Shown here piece by piece: positions 36,035 through 47,524 of a stretch of 60,378 nucleotides of DNA. Numbering within the stretch: the stretch's first letter is position 1; the number at the start of each line of letters is the position of its first letter. Position numbers and translations under genes: made by a program. The stretch spans positions 141,360,001 to 141,420,378 of the forward strand of contig OY740781.1 of the NCBI GenBank assembly GCA_963514005.1, in the 5' to 3' direction. The notes under the pieces were generated by a model that searched no databases, was not told where the DNA came from, and saw only the letters and a list, made by a program, of their open reading frames with translations. The DNA comes from Raja brachyura. Lineage: Eukaryota.

Positions 36035-36675
36035 AAGGTAGATGAGGTGGTCAAAAAGGATTTTGGCACTGGCTTACATCAGTCTGAGTATTGAGTATAG
36101 AAGTTGGGAGGTCATGTTGCAGTTGTATAAGACGTTGGTGAGATCGCATTTATTTCTGGGAATCATGTTATAGGAAACATATTGTCAAGCTTGAAAGGGT
36201 TCAGAAAAGATTTACAAGGATGTTGCCAGGAAGTAGAGAGTGTGAGCTATAAGGAGAGGTTGAGTCAGCTGGGTCTCTTTTCCATGAAGCGCAGGAAGAT
36301 ATCTTATAGAGGAGTACAAAATCATGAGAGGAATAGATTGGGTAGATACACAGAGTCTTTTGCCCAGAGTAGGGGAATCGAGGACCAGAGGACATAGGTT
36401 TAAGGTGAAGGGGTAAAGATTTAATAGGAACCCGAGGGGTAACTTTTTCGCACAAAGGGTGGTGGGTGTATGGAACAAGCTGCCAGAGGAAGTAGTTGAG
36501 GCTGGGACTATCCCATTATTTAAGAAACAGTTAGATAGGTACATGAATAGAACAGGTTAGGAGGGATATGGACCAAGCGCAGGCATGTGGAACTAGTGTA
36601 GCTGGGATATTGTTGGCCGATATGGGCGTTGGGCCGAAGGGCCTGTTTCCACACTGTATCACTCTATGACTCTAA
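36035..36675 (+). mobile_element. CR1 ORF2 3' end with tail
   Basis: YKTLVRSH, SYKERL..LGLFS, RTRGHRFKV, FFAQRVVGVWNKLPEEVVEAG; tail gggccgaagggcctgtttccacactgtatcactctatgactct. Confidence 0.92.
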
Positions 36676-37019
36676 TATCCTGCAGTTAGTGATTCATGGG
36701 GGTGAGGTGAGGGGACTCAGTAGTACTCGAGGTTTTGACAGTGATAATGTTGGATGGGGAAGAGGTGGCAAAGTCTATAAAGAGAAGGACGTAAGCAGAT
36801 AAATTACTTGCTGAAGGAATTACTTGGTAGCTTGTTGAACTTAGAATCAATCCTACACAAGCTGTTCAAGAATAACTTTGTAAATACACTGACCTCATGG
36901 ATTGACCCGATTGCCACCAATTAGTTGCTGGGTTACAAGCAAATTAGGAAATCTGGCTTTTATAAGTTAACAATAGAATGACTGAATGGTCGGGCACATT
37001 AGAATAATTAAAAGGCTAA

Positions 37020-37493
37020 AGGGCCTGTCACACTAGCGCGCGATTAGACGCGATAAGCGCGATAAATTCGGACGCGGGGGTCGCGTGGGGGTCAGGCGAT
37101 CCCGGTGCGAGTGAAGGGCCTGTCACACTAGCGCGCGATAACACGCGCGACGTCCGAAGGAAGGACGTTATTTTTCATCACGTGACGATGCGCATGAGCA
37201 TGCGCGTTGCACGACGTCGGGCAGTGACGTCATCACGCAACGCCACGCTGAAGACGCACAACGTCAAAACGTCATCACGTTCCGCGCGACAGGATTTTGC
37301 CGCGCGATATTTTTAAGCAGTGTCGGTTTTTGGACACTACGCGCGATGTCGACACCAGCTCCACACGAGTCCGCGCAACTCCACGAGACTCCGGCGATCG
37401 CAGTGGGACAGGGTCACGCGAGGCCGGACGACTAAAGCGACCACGGTAGGTCGCGCTTGTCGCGTCTAATCGCGCGCTAGTGTGACAGGCCCT
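37020..37493. mobile_element. PIF/Harbinger-type MITE with an internal copy of its TIR
   Basis: TAA|AGGGCCTGTCACACTAGCGCGCGATTAGACGCGA...TCGCGTCTAATCGCGCGCTAGTGTGACAGGCCCT|TAA; second left-TIR copy at 37115. Confidence 0.92.
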
Positions 37494-38737
37494 TAACTTG
37501 TTTCTTTCAGTCAGATGGATTTTCTGCCCCTTATTCAGCATCAATTAAAACTGGAAATGGCCTTACATATTGTGAATTTCATCATGGTTTCAGATTCTCT
37601 GAATAAGAATTTTCTTAAAACCAACTTTTGAGGATCAATATTCCACTCATTTGCTCTCATCTGAATGTTCATCAAAGAATCTTCTTTTATCAATGAATGC
37701 ATGTTCCAAATTACATCGCATTTTCTGAATGACGTGTATAAAAAGTATTCTTCCTTCTCATGTTCATCCACCAAAGTCATAGATCCTTTCCACAACAGCT
37801 GTTGGTGAATGGTGATAGCATGATTAACAAAAAGCGAGACTCCCAGGACGTCCAAAAGCGAGACGTCCTGGTGTAGTGGTTTCATCAGTAGATTGTACTA
37901 GTAGAGGGATGGATGGTTCAGAAAAAAGATGTGTGTTAGGAATTCACTCAGACATGAAACTTTTCTCTTCTCAGCATTTAACCGTGAAGTTAAATGGCAA
38001 CAAGTGATTCCAGGGGTTTTACATTAAACTAATCCAATAACAATGCGTAATTTGCCTGTTTATATCCTTATATCCCTTCACTCTTGCAGTTAAGATTTCA
38101 TTTAGAAAAAACAAAAATTGACCTTCAGTTTTCCCACATGGTATTTTGTCATCTTGATAATTGGTTTTGATGCTGAAAACATGAGCGTTTCCAGGAGTTT
38201 AAGAATGCAAACATCAATTGAAATGCAGTAGGAAAATTGCCTTTTCAAATATTTCATAAATGAGCAATCCCAAAGTCAGTTTGGATATGCCGTCACATAG
38301 ACAAGGCTCAATAATAAAATGTCTGTACTGTGCCGACTTAACTGATTGCAGCTGAAGTAACAGTATGGAGCTGCTGTTGGACTCTGCCCTACTGGATGAG
38401 TGAAGGCCCACACACAAACTGATCAAACCTTTAATCCCAGCATTATAGTTAGAACCAAGGGGCTCTGAGATGAACTTCTGAAGAACAAGAAGTAGGCTGA
38501 GAGAAATGTAGGAGGGGCTGACGTGCTCAGAATGAAGTTTAACTATCTATTTTCTACACTGAACCCTTGTGATTTAGCCGTCTACAAGAGTCAATTCATA
38601 TAATGGAAATCTTGGCTCCACCAGGTCTGCATTTATTTCCCAAAGACTTTGGAAATATTAATGCTCAAATCATTTGATGGTAGAGTGCTGGATGATACGT
38701 AATAAAATCGATGCGTATGGACAAACATTTAGACTTA

Positions 38738-39446
38738 AGGGCCTGTCGCACTTACGTGTCCTTAGCATGCAAATTACGCGACCTCGTGGTCGCGTTGAGG
38801 CGCACGGGCATTGTATGGCCCACGGGGCTGATCCCACTGAGAAGCGCTATGGGGTATGTAGTTGTGCGCGACATCGCGCGGGGCTCCGAAATTTTTGTAG
38901 TGAACGAAATCTTCGCGCGCCAATGGCCTGTCGCGGAACTGACAGCCAAAGTGGGACAGGCCCAAGACCCTGGTGCGACGCAACGTCTCACCTCCAAATG
39001 CAGCAGAAGCAGGCAAACGATCGCCGAACTCGGCCTGGGGCTCACGGACGTTACGGTCTGGATCCGCCCCCACTGCTACTCCCAGAGCGGGGCCAAGAAA
39101 ATTGAAGAGAGACCCAAATGCTGGAGTAACTCAGCGGGTCCCGCAGCATCTCTGGAGAGAAGCAATGGATGACATTTATGGTCAAGACCCTTCTTTCAGA
39201 CTGAAGAAGAGTCTCGACACGAAACGTCACCCATTCCTTCTCTCCAGAGACGCTGCCGGTCCTGCTGAGTTTTTCCAGCTTTGTCTCCGTCTTCAAATGA
39301 CGTCATGCGCTCCAGACGGCTGTGCGTACGCATGAAATCGCGCTTCTCAGTGGGACCGGCCCCGTGCGGCCATAGGATGCCCGTGCGCCTCAACGCGACC
39401 ACGAGGTCGCGTAATATGCGTGCCAAGGACACGTGGGACAGGCCCT
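38738..39446. mobile_element. PIF/Harbinger-type MITE with long imperfect TIRs and a nested hammerhead element
   Basis: TTA|AGGGCCTGTCGCAC...GTGGGACAGGCCCT|TTA; the inverted arms extend ~100 bp (cgcgacctcgtggtcgcgttgaggcgcacgggcat). Confidence 0.92.
39102..39296. mobile_element. Palindromic Penelope-type element with hammerhead cores
   Basis: Two inverted halves meet at ttcagactgaa. Plus-strand core CTGAAGAAGAGTCTCGACACGAAACGTC at 39201-39228. Confidence 0.8.
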
Positions 39447-39883
39447 TTATGCACTATCTTACTCAAAACCAAAATTTCCATAGGAAGGGCAACTAATTGT
39501 TCCTGCTTCTCAATGATCAAACCTTGAAGTCTTCAGTACCACATCAGATAGCACATCTCAACATAAACCATGCTGAAAGTTCTCCGATAAATAATGCAAT
39601 TGTTCTAATTTCTAAAGTTGTGGTGTTTTCTATACATTGGCAATTTCTATACATTGCCAATCCAAACACCCCAAGATTTAACAGTGTGGTAACCAAATTA
39701 GGACCTTTTACCGTACTAGTTGGTGAAATGCTTACAAACCAACAATAGTTCAAATATTCTGCATGTCGGTCAATAATTGTCAGTCTAGAAGATGAATTAC
39801 AGAATTTGATCCATACAATGCATAAGAAGCATCTATGCAGATCAATTAAGAGAACCAGAATGAAACATGTTTTACTGTAATAC

Positions 39884-39951
39884 CTGGTGACACTGATGTA
39901 ATCTTTTCTATGTTCCAGAAGAAAGTCTTTCAATTTGCTAATGTTGATGAG
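39884..39951 (-). CDS. STX18: Syntaxin-18 internal coding exon (equivalent to exon 2), 68 nt
   Basis: ttttacttttcag|CTC ATC AAC...GTC ACC AG|gtatta encodes LINISKLKDFLLEHRKDYISVT, versus recalled human ISHIGKLRDFLLEHRKDYINAY. The phase-2 end joins the next exon as AG+T = Ser. Confidence 0.96.
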
Positions 39952-40224
39952 CTGAAAAGTAAAAACAAAATCATTAGTTGTTGAAAGCTGAAAAGCTTTT
40001 GTTTCTAACTATGAAAATATGGAAAAGTGGCATCTGAATTTTACATAATATTCTTCATGGTTATATGTACACAAGTACCCAAGTACACAATATAAAAGTA
40101 AAGCTTCTCCTTCAGAGTAATATAGATATTTGGAATGATTACATGGCTACATTAAAGGCGTCATTTATGCAATACAATAGCATGTTTCAACTAGTCACAG
40201 CAGCAAACAATGAACAGACAGTCA

Positions 40225-40430
40225 ATAGACAAGAAACAATAGGTGCAGGAGTTGGCCATTTGGCCCTCCGAGCCAGCACCGCCATTCAATGTGATCATGG
40301 CTGATCATCCCCAATCAGTATCCCGTGCCTGCCTTCTCCCCATATCCCCTGACTCCGCTATTTTTAAGAGCCCTATCTAGCTCTCTCTTGAAAGCATCTA
40401 GGGAACCTGCCTCCACCATCCTCTGAGGGC
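40225..40430 (-). mobile_element. CR1 3' tail (second subfamily)
   Basis: aataggtgcaggagttggccatttggccctccgagccagcaccgccattcaatgtgatcatggctgatc; same as the tails at 47525 and 49513. Confidence 0.85.
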
Positions 40431-40547
40431 ACCCTCAGTCAGTGGATATAGCAAATTGAGTTGGAAATAATATTGATTATAAGAAATAATATAATGGAAA
40501 CATAATATAACATGCAAAACATCCGTTATTCCAATTGGCTTAAGACA

Positions 40548-40652
40548 TCAAGAGTGTTTTATTGTCATATGTCCCAAACAGTAATACCTACTTGCAACAG
40601 CACAACAGAATACTCAAACATACTACTCTGTAAATAATATAAGGAGAAAAAA

Positions 40653-40715
<63 letters not shown>

Positions 40716-41020
40716 GCAATATATATATATATATGCACACACATGCAATATATATACACACACGCAATATACACACACACACATGCAATATATATATATA
40801 TATTTACACACACACAAAAACAAACAAAACAATAATAGTGCAAAATGACAAAAAACAATGCCCCCTGCCCCCCGAGTCTATGTAGTTCAGACCTTATTTG
40901 GAGATTGTAGTATTTAATAGCCTGATGGCTGTAGGGAAGAAGCTGTTCCTGAACTTGGACGTTACAGATTTCAGGCATCCATATTTTCTTCCCGATGGCA
41001 GGAGTGAAATGAGTGTGATG
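40548..41020 (-). mobile_element. Rex1/Babar 3' end containing a (TA)n/(CA)n microsatellite
   Basis: Minus strand ...LLPSGR...TSKFRNSFFPTAIRLLN (gatggcaggag, aagaagctgttcctgaac, tttaatagcctgatggctg). (TA)n at 40657-40712. Confidence 0.85.
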
Positions 41021-41129
41021 TTGTAGGCTAGATCCTAATCTTTTTGTCAAATGAAAAAATCTCCTTCTGAATTTATCAAAACCTTTCATGATCTCTATCA
41101 CTTTAATCCAATTTCCATTAGAGCCCATA

Positions 41130-41520
41130 GAAACAGGGAAGGTTGGTAGGCTAGTTGTGAAGCAGAGTAGGGTGAAAGTTGAGAACCAGTGGAACACCTT
41201 CTCTGCTTTCTGGGGATAAGGGAGTGAGAGAGGATGCGCGAGCAATGGAATAAATTGATATGAGAGCTCCATCAATTATGGCAGAAGGGAAAAACATTTT
41301 CCCAGGAGGGGGATGACATTCAAAAAGTCCTAGAGCAGTAAGCCTCATTTTGAAAACAGATGGAATAGAGAATGAAAAACTGAGAGAAAGGATTATAGTC
41401 TTGCAGGAGACAGGGAGTGAGAACGTGTGGTCATGGTAGCTGCGGGTTTAGCTAGTTGGCCTCCGGAGATAAAGACAGGGTAATGTAGAAAATTGAATTG
41501 TCAGAAATTGAGGGCAGAGT
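41130..41520 (-). mobile_element. Penelope-like element RT C-terminal/linker fragment (pseudogene)
   Basis: Frameshifted remnants of H..SCK.IIPFSQF.....ICFQNEA and FPSAIIDGAL..I.SIAR.S.L.P...REGVPLVLNFHP (ORF 41151-41348), typical of vertebrate PLE ORFs. Confidence 0.75.
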
Positions 41521-41589
41521 GCCACTTCTAGCTGCCAACATAATCGAAGACTAGTCTCATCTCTTCTTCTCCCTGCTCACATTGGACAG

Positions 41590-42560
41590 AAGCATGAAAA
41601 CGTATAGCCAGATTCAGGAACAGCTTTTCCTCCTCCGTTATCAGTAGTCCATAACCTAGGGCAGTGCTTTTAAACTATTTCAGTGTCATTCACCCGTGAG
41701 TCGTTATCACAAAATTTAATTCATCATCGACTAAATTTTCTTATGTTTTTTGGTAATTTTCATCTTATTTTCCCTTGTGTATAATTTTATATATAATTTA
41801 TTTTGTCACACGAGCAAAAAAAACATAATTTAACTCATTTCTTGTGATTATTTTATTCAACTGTTTGAACATCCTAAAAATATGTAAAGAAAACTAGGAG
41901 TGAAAAAAAGGACGTTTAATTATCACTGGAGTTGGAAAATCATTCTATTAGAATGATAAAAAACTATTCCAACGTCTAAACACTGGGCTTCAGCCCCATC
42001 CTACCATTTTGGACTTTGATTACTGCAGTTTTTTCCTTGGAAAACTAGCTCAAAAGTACATGGTCTTCCCTAAAAGGTTATATTACAGTAAATTTGGGAA
42101 ATATCCTGCTACTTTGAAATTAGAAAATCATAGGTAGCGAGAAAAAAACATTACAATTCCAGCTCCATTGCCATTAAAACCAATAAGAGCGTACTAACCA
42201 CTTTAATGGCAATGCCTTTTTTAAGTTTAGAAAAAAATATATAAATATCTGAATAAATTTAGTCATTCACCCTTCATGCACCCCTCTAGTTTAATTCACC
42301 CCAAAATAATTTAATTCGCCCTTGGGTGAACCATTCACCAGTTTAAGAATCACTGACCTAAGGTACTGTTCAATTCACTGCCAATGAGGACATTGGACTT
42401 TGTCTTAGGAACTGATGTGCTATAATGCTGAGAACTATATTTGGCACTCTGTATTTTCCTTTTTGCTCTATCTGATGAACTGATTGTATCTATGTGTGGA
42501 TAACAGATCTGTCTGGATAGCATGAAAAACATAGTTTTTCACTGTACCTCAGTACATGTG
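41590..42560 (+). mobile_element. Rex1-type 3' end split by a hAT element
   Basis: ccagattcaggaacagctt...ccgttatcag...ataacctagg|gtactgttcaattcac...ggatagcatg...tttttcactgtacctcagtacatgtgacaataataaacc. Confidence 0.7.
41662..42355. mobile_element. Non-autonomous hAT-type DNA transposon
   Basis: TIRs CAGTGCTTTTAAACT / AGTTTAAGAATCACTG. 8-bp TSD ACCTAGGG / ACCTAAGG. Repeated subterminal attcaccc motifs. Confidence 0.82.
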
Positions 42561-42642
42561 ACAATAATAAACCCTAACTTACCAGATGTCCTTCAGGATG
42601 TTCTATGCTACATGTGCTCCAAGGCCAATATTATTATTCTTC

Positions 42643-42845
42643 AGACACAAAGTGCTCGAGCAACTCAGTGGGTCGGGTTGCACCTCTGGAGAACATGGAT
42701 AGATGATGTTTTGGACTGAAGACTGAAGAAGGGTTACGATTCAAAATGACATCTATCTATGTTCTTCGGAGATGTTGCCTAACACACTGGGTTATGCTAG
42801 CACTTTGTTTCTTCTTTTTGTAAACCAGCATCTGCAGTTCCATGT
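42643..42845. mobile_element. Palindromic Penelope-type element, degraded hammerhead
   Basis: agacacaaagtgctcgagcaactcag...ctgaagactgaagaagggttacgattcaaaatg...aaaccagcatctgcagttc. Confidence 0.7.
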
Positions 42846-43379
42846 ATCTTTCTTGACCATTCATCATATTGGTTCTCAGATCTATTTACTGAACCTCACG
42901 ATTTGGTATAGGTATAGCACATCATTGCACTTTGATTTCTAGATGTCTGGTTATTAAAACCAGCTTTTCAATTGGCTTTTCATATGCTTTCTGAACCTTT
43001 ACATGCTATTCTGAAAAAGGTTCATGCACATGGGTCCATTAATTTTTATTTTTGATGCCCGGGATTTCCAACTTTATACCATGAGAAGGTTTTCCATTCT
43101 ACCATTTTAGGCACAAATTCCTTTTCTACGATGCTGACATTCATTAAGCATTTCACAAAATGACAGAACAAGCATGACTGGGTCATTCCGCCTAAAATCA
43201 GGCCTAGTAACAATGCTGCCTTATGATTGAGATTAAAATGAAGCACAGTTTATTTGTAACTGTTCCGCATTCTGCGTATTTCTGGTGAAAACATTCTTGT
43301 TTGGCTTGGGGAAAATCCTGTAATTTTGCTTCATCAGATTGGTTTGCTCTGCTCTTTGAATAAACTGTTTTCCGAATAT

Positions 43380-43472
43380 AGACACACAATGCTGGAGTAT
43401 CTCAACGGGACAGGCAACATCTGTGGAGAAGGAATGGGTGACGTTTCAGGTCGAGACTCTTCTTCAGACCAA
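43380..43472 (-). mobile_element. Penelope-type hammerhead element
   Basis: Minus strand ggtCTGAAGAAGAGTCTCGACCTGAAACGTCacc; ggt/acc can form stem I. Confidence 0.8.
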
Positions 43473-43665
43473 TTTTCTAAATAATTGGACATTGTTAACT
43501 GCACATCTGACCCTTTGCTCAAACATACTCCACATCACATCAGCTGACACCCGGTAATTGACGTGGAGGACAATTATGAATAATTTACTAATAAATTATT
43601 TTTTTAAATATCATCAACTATTTGTAGATTCTGCTCATATGATAGCAGTCTTATAATGACGGTTT

Positions 43666-43762
43666 TCAGTCTGGTGAAGGGTTTCAACCCAAAACATTAC
43701 CTATCCATGTTCTAAGACATGCTGCCTGACCCGCTGAGTTACTCCAGTACTTTGTGTTCTTT
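43666..43762 (+). mobile_element. Penelope-type element, degraded hammerhead
   Basis: cagtctggtgaagggtttcaacccaaaacattacc...gacccgctgagttactccagtactttgtg. Confidence 0.7.
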
Positions 43763-43914
43763 TGGGTAATTCCATTTTATAATGTTGGTTGCTCTTTCAT
43801 CAATAACCTTGAACTTGGGGCTTTTCAAAACATACAGGTTGCACAAAATATAAAATAATGGATGGAACTCCCAAATTCACCCAATTATAGCACCCGCCTA
43901 TCATCTCCATGAAT

Positions 43915-44795
43915 AGTTTACTTTAGTTTATTGTCATGTGCACTGAGGTGAAAAGCTTGTGTTGCTTGCTAACCAGTCAGCAGAAAGACAATACATGATT
44001 ACTATCGAGCCATTCACCTTGCACAGATACACGATAAAGTGAATAACTTTTAGTGTGAGATAAAGCCAGTAAATTCCGATCAAAGATAGTCCGAGGGTCT
44101 CCAATGAAGTAGATAGTAGTTCAGGACTGCTCTCTAGTTGTGGTAGGATGGTTCAATCGCCTGGGAACAAACTGTCCCTGAATCTGGAGGTGTGCATTTT
44201 CACACATCTATACCTTTTGCCCGATATGAGATGGGAGAAGAGAGAGTGGCCAGTGTGCTACTCGTTGATTATGCTGTTGGCCTTGCCAAGGAGCGTGAAG
44301 TATAAACTGAGTCAATGGAAGCGAGGTTGGTTTGTGTGATGGTCTGGGCTGCGTCCACAATTTTCTGCAATTTCTTGGTCTTGGATGGAGCTGTTCCCAA
44401 ACCAGGCTTTGATGCATCCTAATAAAATGCTTTCTACGGTGCATCTGTAGAAGTTGGTGAGAGTTATTGGGGATATGCTGAAATTCTTAAGCCTTCCAAG
44501 GAAGTAGCGGAGTTGGTGTGCTTTCTTGGCATTTCCTTCAGTATGGGTGGTCCAGAAGTTGTTGTCTCGACACCAGGTTCTCAATCTCCTTCCTGTACTC
44601 AGTCTCATCATGACATTCGGCCCACAACGGTGGCGTCATCTACGAATTTTACATTGAATTAGATTTGTACTTGACTGCTCAGTCGCGGGTGTGTAAGGAG
44701 AAAAGAAAGTGGTTGAGAACACATCCTTGAGGAGCTCCAGTGTAGAGGATTATCGTAGAGGATGATTTGTCCCCTATCCTCACTGATTGGGTCTA
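43915..44795 (-). mobile_element. Rex1/Babar LINE fragment including the RT core
   Basis: Minus strand TGAPQGCVL.PL.F.L.T.D...KFVDDATVVG, WCRDNN, KKAHQLRYFLGRLK, TNFYRCTVESIL. Confidence 0.9.
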
Positions 44796-44989
44796 ATGGC
44801 CTTCTGCTCAAAGCCAGCATAGAAAGCATTCAGCTCATCAGGTAGGATCGCACTATCACCACTGATTTTGTCTGAACTCAGTTTGCAGCCAGTTATTTTA
44901 TTAACAAATGCATTTGTATTCTCTAACTTCTAATTTGGTTATATGATCCTAGCTAATATCTCGAACCATTTCCCAAAATAAAGCACATC

Positions 44990-45200
44990 AGAGACCTGAT
45001 TCAATCCTGACCTCGGGTGTTGTTTGTGTGGAGTTTGCACATTCCCCCTGTGACCACGTGGGTTTCCTTCAGGTGCTCCGGTTTCCTCCCACAACCCAAA
45101 GACGTGTGGGTATGTAGGTTAACTGGCCTCTGTAAATTCCCCCTAGTTGTTGAGAATGGATCTGAAAGTGGGATAACATAGAACTAGTGAACTAAACTAT
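44990..45200 (+). mobile_element. V-SINE, 5'-truncated
   Basis: ttcaatcctgacctcgggtg...gtgctccggtttcctcccacaacccaaagacgtg...gggataacatagaactagtg. Confidence 0.82.
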
Positions 45201-46164
45201 ACTAATATTCTAAGTACAAAGAAAGAACATGCAGTGGCATACCATTCTATTATTTCCACCACTGCATTTTATTTGAATGAAATTCAAAGTTCCACAGACC
45301 ATTTCCACTTTGTTAAAAGCACATTACCTGAAACAAGATATTTTTCCATCCATTTAATCATCTTCAAATGAAACAGAGTGTTAGGAATAAATATAGAATT
45401 AACGAATAAAACCTGCAGCTTCAGTAAATGTCCTGAATGCTAACTTCACTTGAACTTTAAGAACTTCATTAAAATAGAATCTATCCAAACTACTGTCTAT
45501 CATAAATTCCCACAAGGAATATAAACAATTATTTGAAATGTGAACAATTCTTATCTTTTGCACATATCCAAAAGCAGGTTGCAATATCCATCTGTGCATT
45601 TTCAAACAATATGTCTCAGCAATATCAGCACTCTGTAACATGAAAACCCCAAATCAACTGTTGTCTGATTAATTGGACTACTTTCAATTGAACGCTTGAT
45701 GCAGCCAGCAAATTTGGAAGAATTCTCCATCTGCAATGAATGTGAAATAGAAGCTAGTTGGAAGAGTCTGACATGGTTACTGTGTTCCAGATGTGTTCAA
45801 ATTGTATATTTATGCCCCATAAGTACAAGGATATGCAAAAGTGAATCCACCAAACAACGATACCATAACTGATGACTGAGGAAATGTAGTGAAGCCATCT
45901 CCTCCAACAGTGTTAATTCACTTCATTTAGGGGGCAGATTTTGGGACCATTCTAGTTTTGGGGGATCTTCAATTCAAGGTCCCATCGTTTCTAGCAACAC
46001 TACTGTTGCAGTGTGAATGAAGTGGAAACCTTTTTGAATACGTTTGTTGAAAACAGACATTTTAATTTGATAATGTTCTACTGAATGAGAAGTCCGAGAA
46101 TGATAAAGGAAATCAATTTCAAGCACAAAACACAAATCATCCAATTGTCACAATTCGATAAAGT

Positions 46165-47035
46165 TATAGCATCATGCAGCATGGAAACTCGGCCCAACCC
46201 GTCCACGCCAGCAGCATAATCAAGGTCGAGTCTAGCCTTCGACACTCCCTCTTCTCCCCTCTCCCATCAAGAGGTACAGAAACGCATACCTCCAGATTCA
46301 GGCATAGTTTCTCCCCAGCTGTAGGGGGGACAGAACCATCCTATGACCAACTAGAGAGCAGTGCTGCGCTATCATCTACCTCATTGGAGACCCTCGGGCT
46401 ATTTTTAATCGGACTTTACCTTGTACTAAACGTTATTCCATTCATCCTGAATCTATACCTGTGGATGGCTTGATTGTAATCATGTATAGTCTTTCCTGGA
46501 TAGCATGCAACAAAGGTTTTCACTGTACCTCAGTATACATGACAATAAACTAAATTAAACTAATCCCAACTAATTTAAATTATTCTAAACTATTCTATAC
46601 TATTCCAAGATAGCTCCATCTGCCTGTGTTTGGCCCATATTCTCTAAACCTTTCCTACCCACGCACCTGTCCAAATGTTTTAATTTTTTAATGGTGTCAT
46701 TGTACCTGCCTCAACCACTTCTTTGTCAGCTCGTTCCATATACCCATCACCCTCTATATGAAAAAGTTGCTCCTCAGGTTCCCAGTAAATCTTTCCCCTC
46801 TTATCTTAACCCTATGCCTGCTAGTTATCGTACACTGGGAAAAAGGACAGCATTTACCCTATCTTTTCTCTCTATAAGAGAACCCCACAGCCTTTTCCAC
46901 TCCAAGGAATAAAGTCCTAGCCTGCCAAGCCTCTCCCAATAACTCAGGCCCTCGTGTTCGGACAACGTCCTTGTGAATCCTCTCGGCACATTTTCTTTCT
47001 TAATGCCATCTTTCCAATCACAGGGTGACCAAAAT
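46165..47035 (-). mobile_element. CR1 3' end containing a plus-strand Rex1 3' fragment (~46205-46565)
   Basis: CR1 tail gcatggaaac...cccaacccgtccacgcc resumes at ~46605. The insert encodes SIIK...HSLFSPLPS...TSRFRHSF.PA with a (taaac)n tail. Confidence 0.8.
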
Positions 47036-47524
47036 GTCAGCCTTGACTTTGATGAGTAGTGGATTTAAACACCAACTCAAGTAACATGAGCACACAATCT
47101 GGGCTAGCATTCAACACAAACAGTGTTATATTGTCAAACATACAATATTGTAGATATTACATTGAAGAAACAAGTACAAGTTGTGAATTGTAGGATTGGA
47201 TTGAATGAACAGCATTCCATTCTTTCATTGAAATGTTCAGTTACTGAAATGACACCTGGTTATTTAATTATTGTTTCATGAAACTGTCAAAACAGAGGCT
47301 TGTTAGGTGATGAAGTATAATTTTAAAATAAAGATTGTATTAAAATGCTGTGATTGAAAACGTACTAATCCACCTCACAGCACAAAATCACACAGAATCC
47401 GTATCAAAATTATCATTTCCTCATTCATAACCAAATATTAGTTTGCAGATTGAAAGATGTCTGGATTTTGCACTCAACAGTAATCGATATTTGCAGCTCA
47501 CCATGTCATACTGCAGATACAGAG

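Noticed and set aside
38674-39496. Cluster of overlapping 70-150 aa ORFs
   Set aside because: GC-rich palindromic MITE lacking stops by composition; no transposase or other domain.
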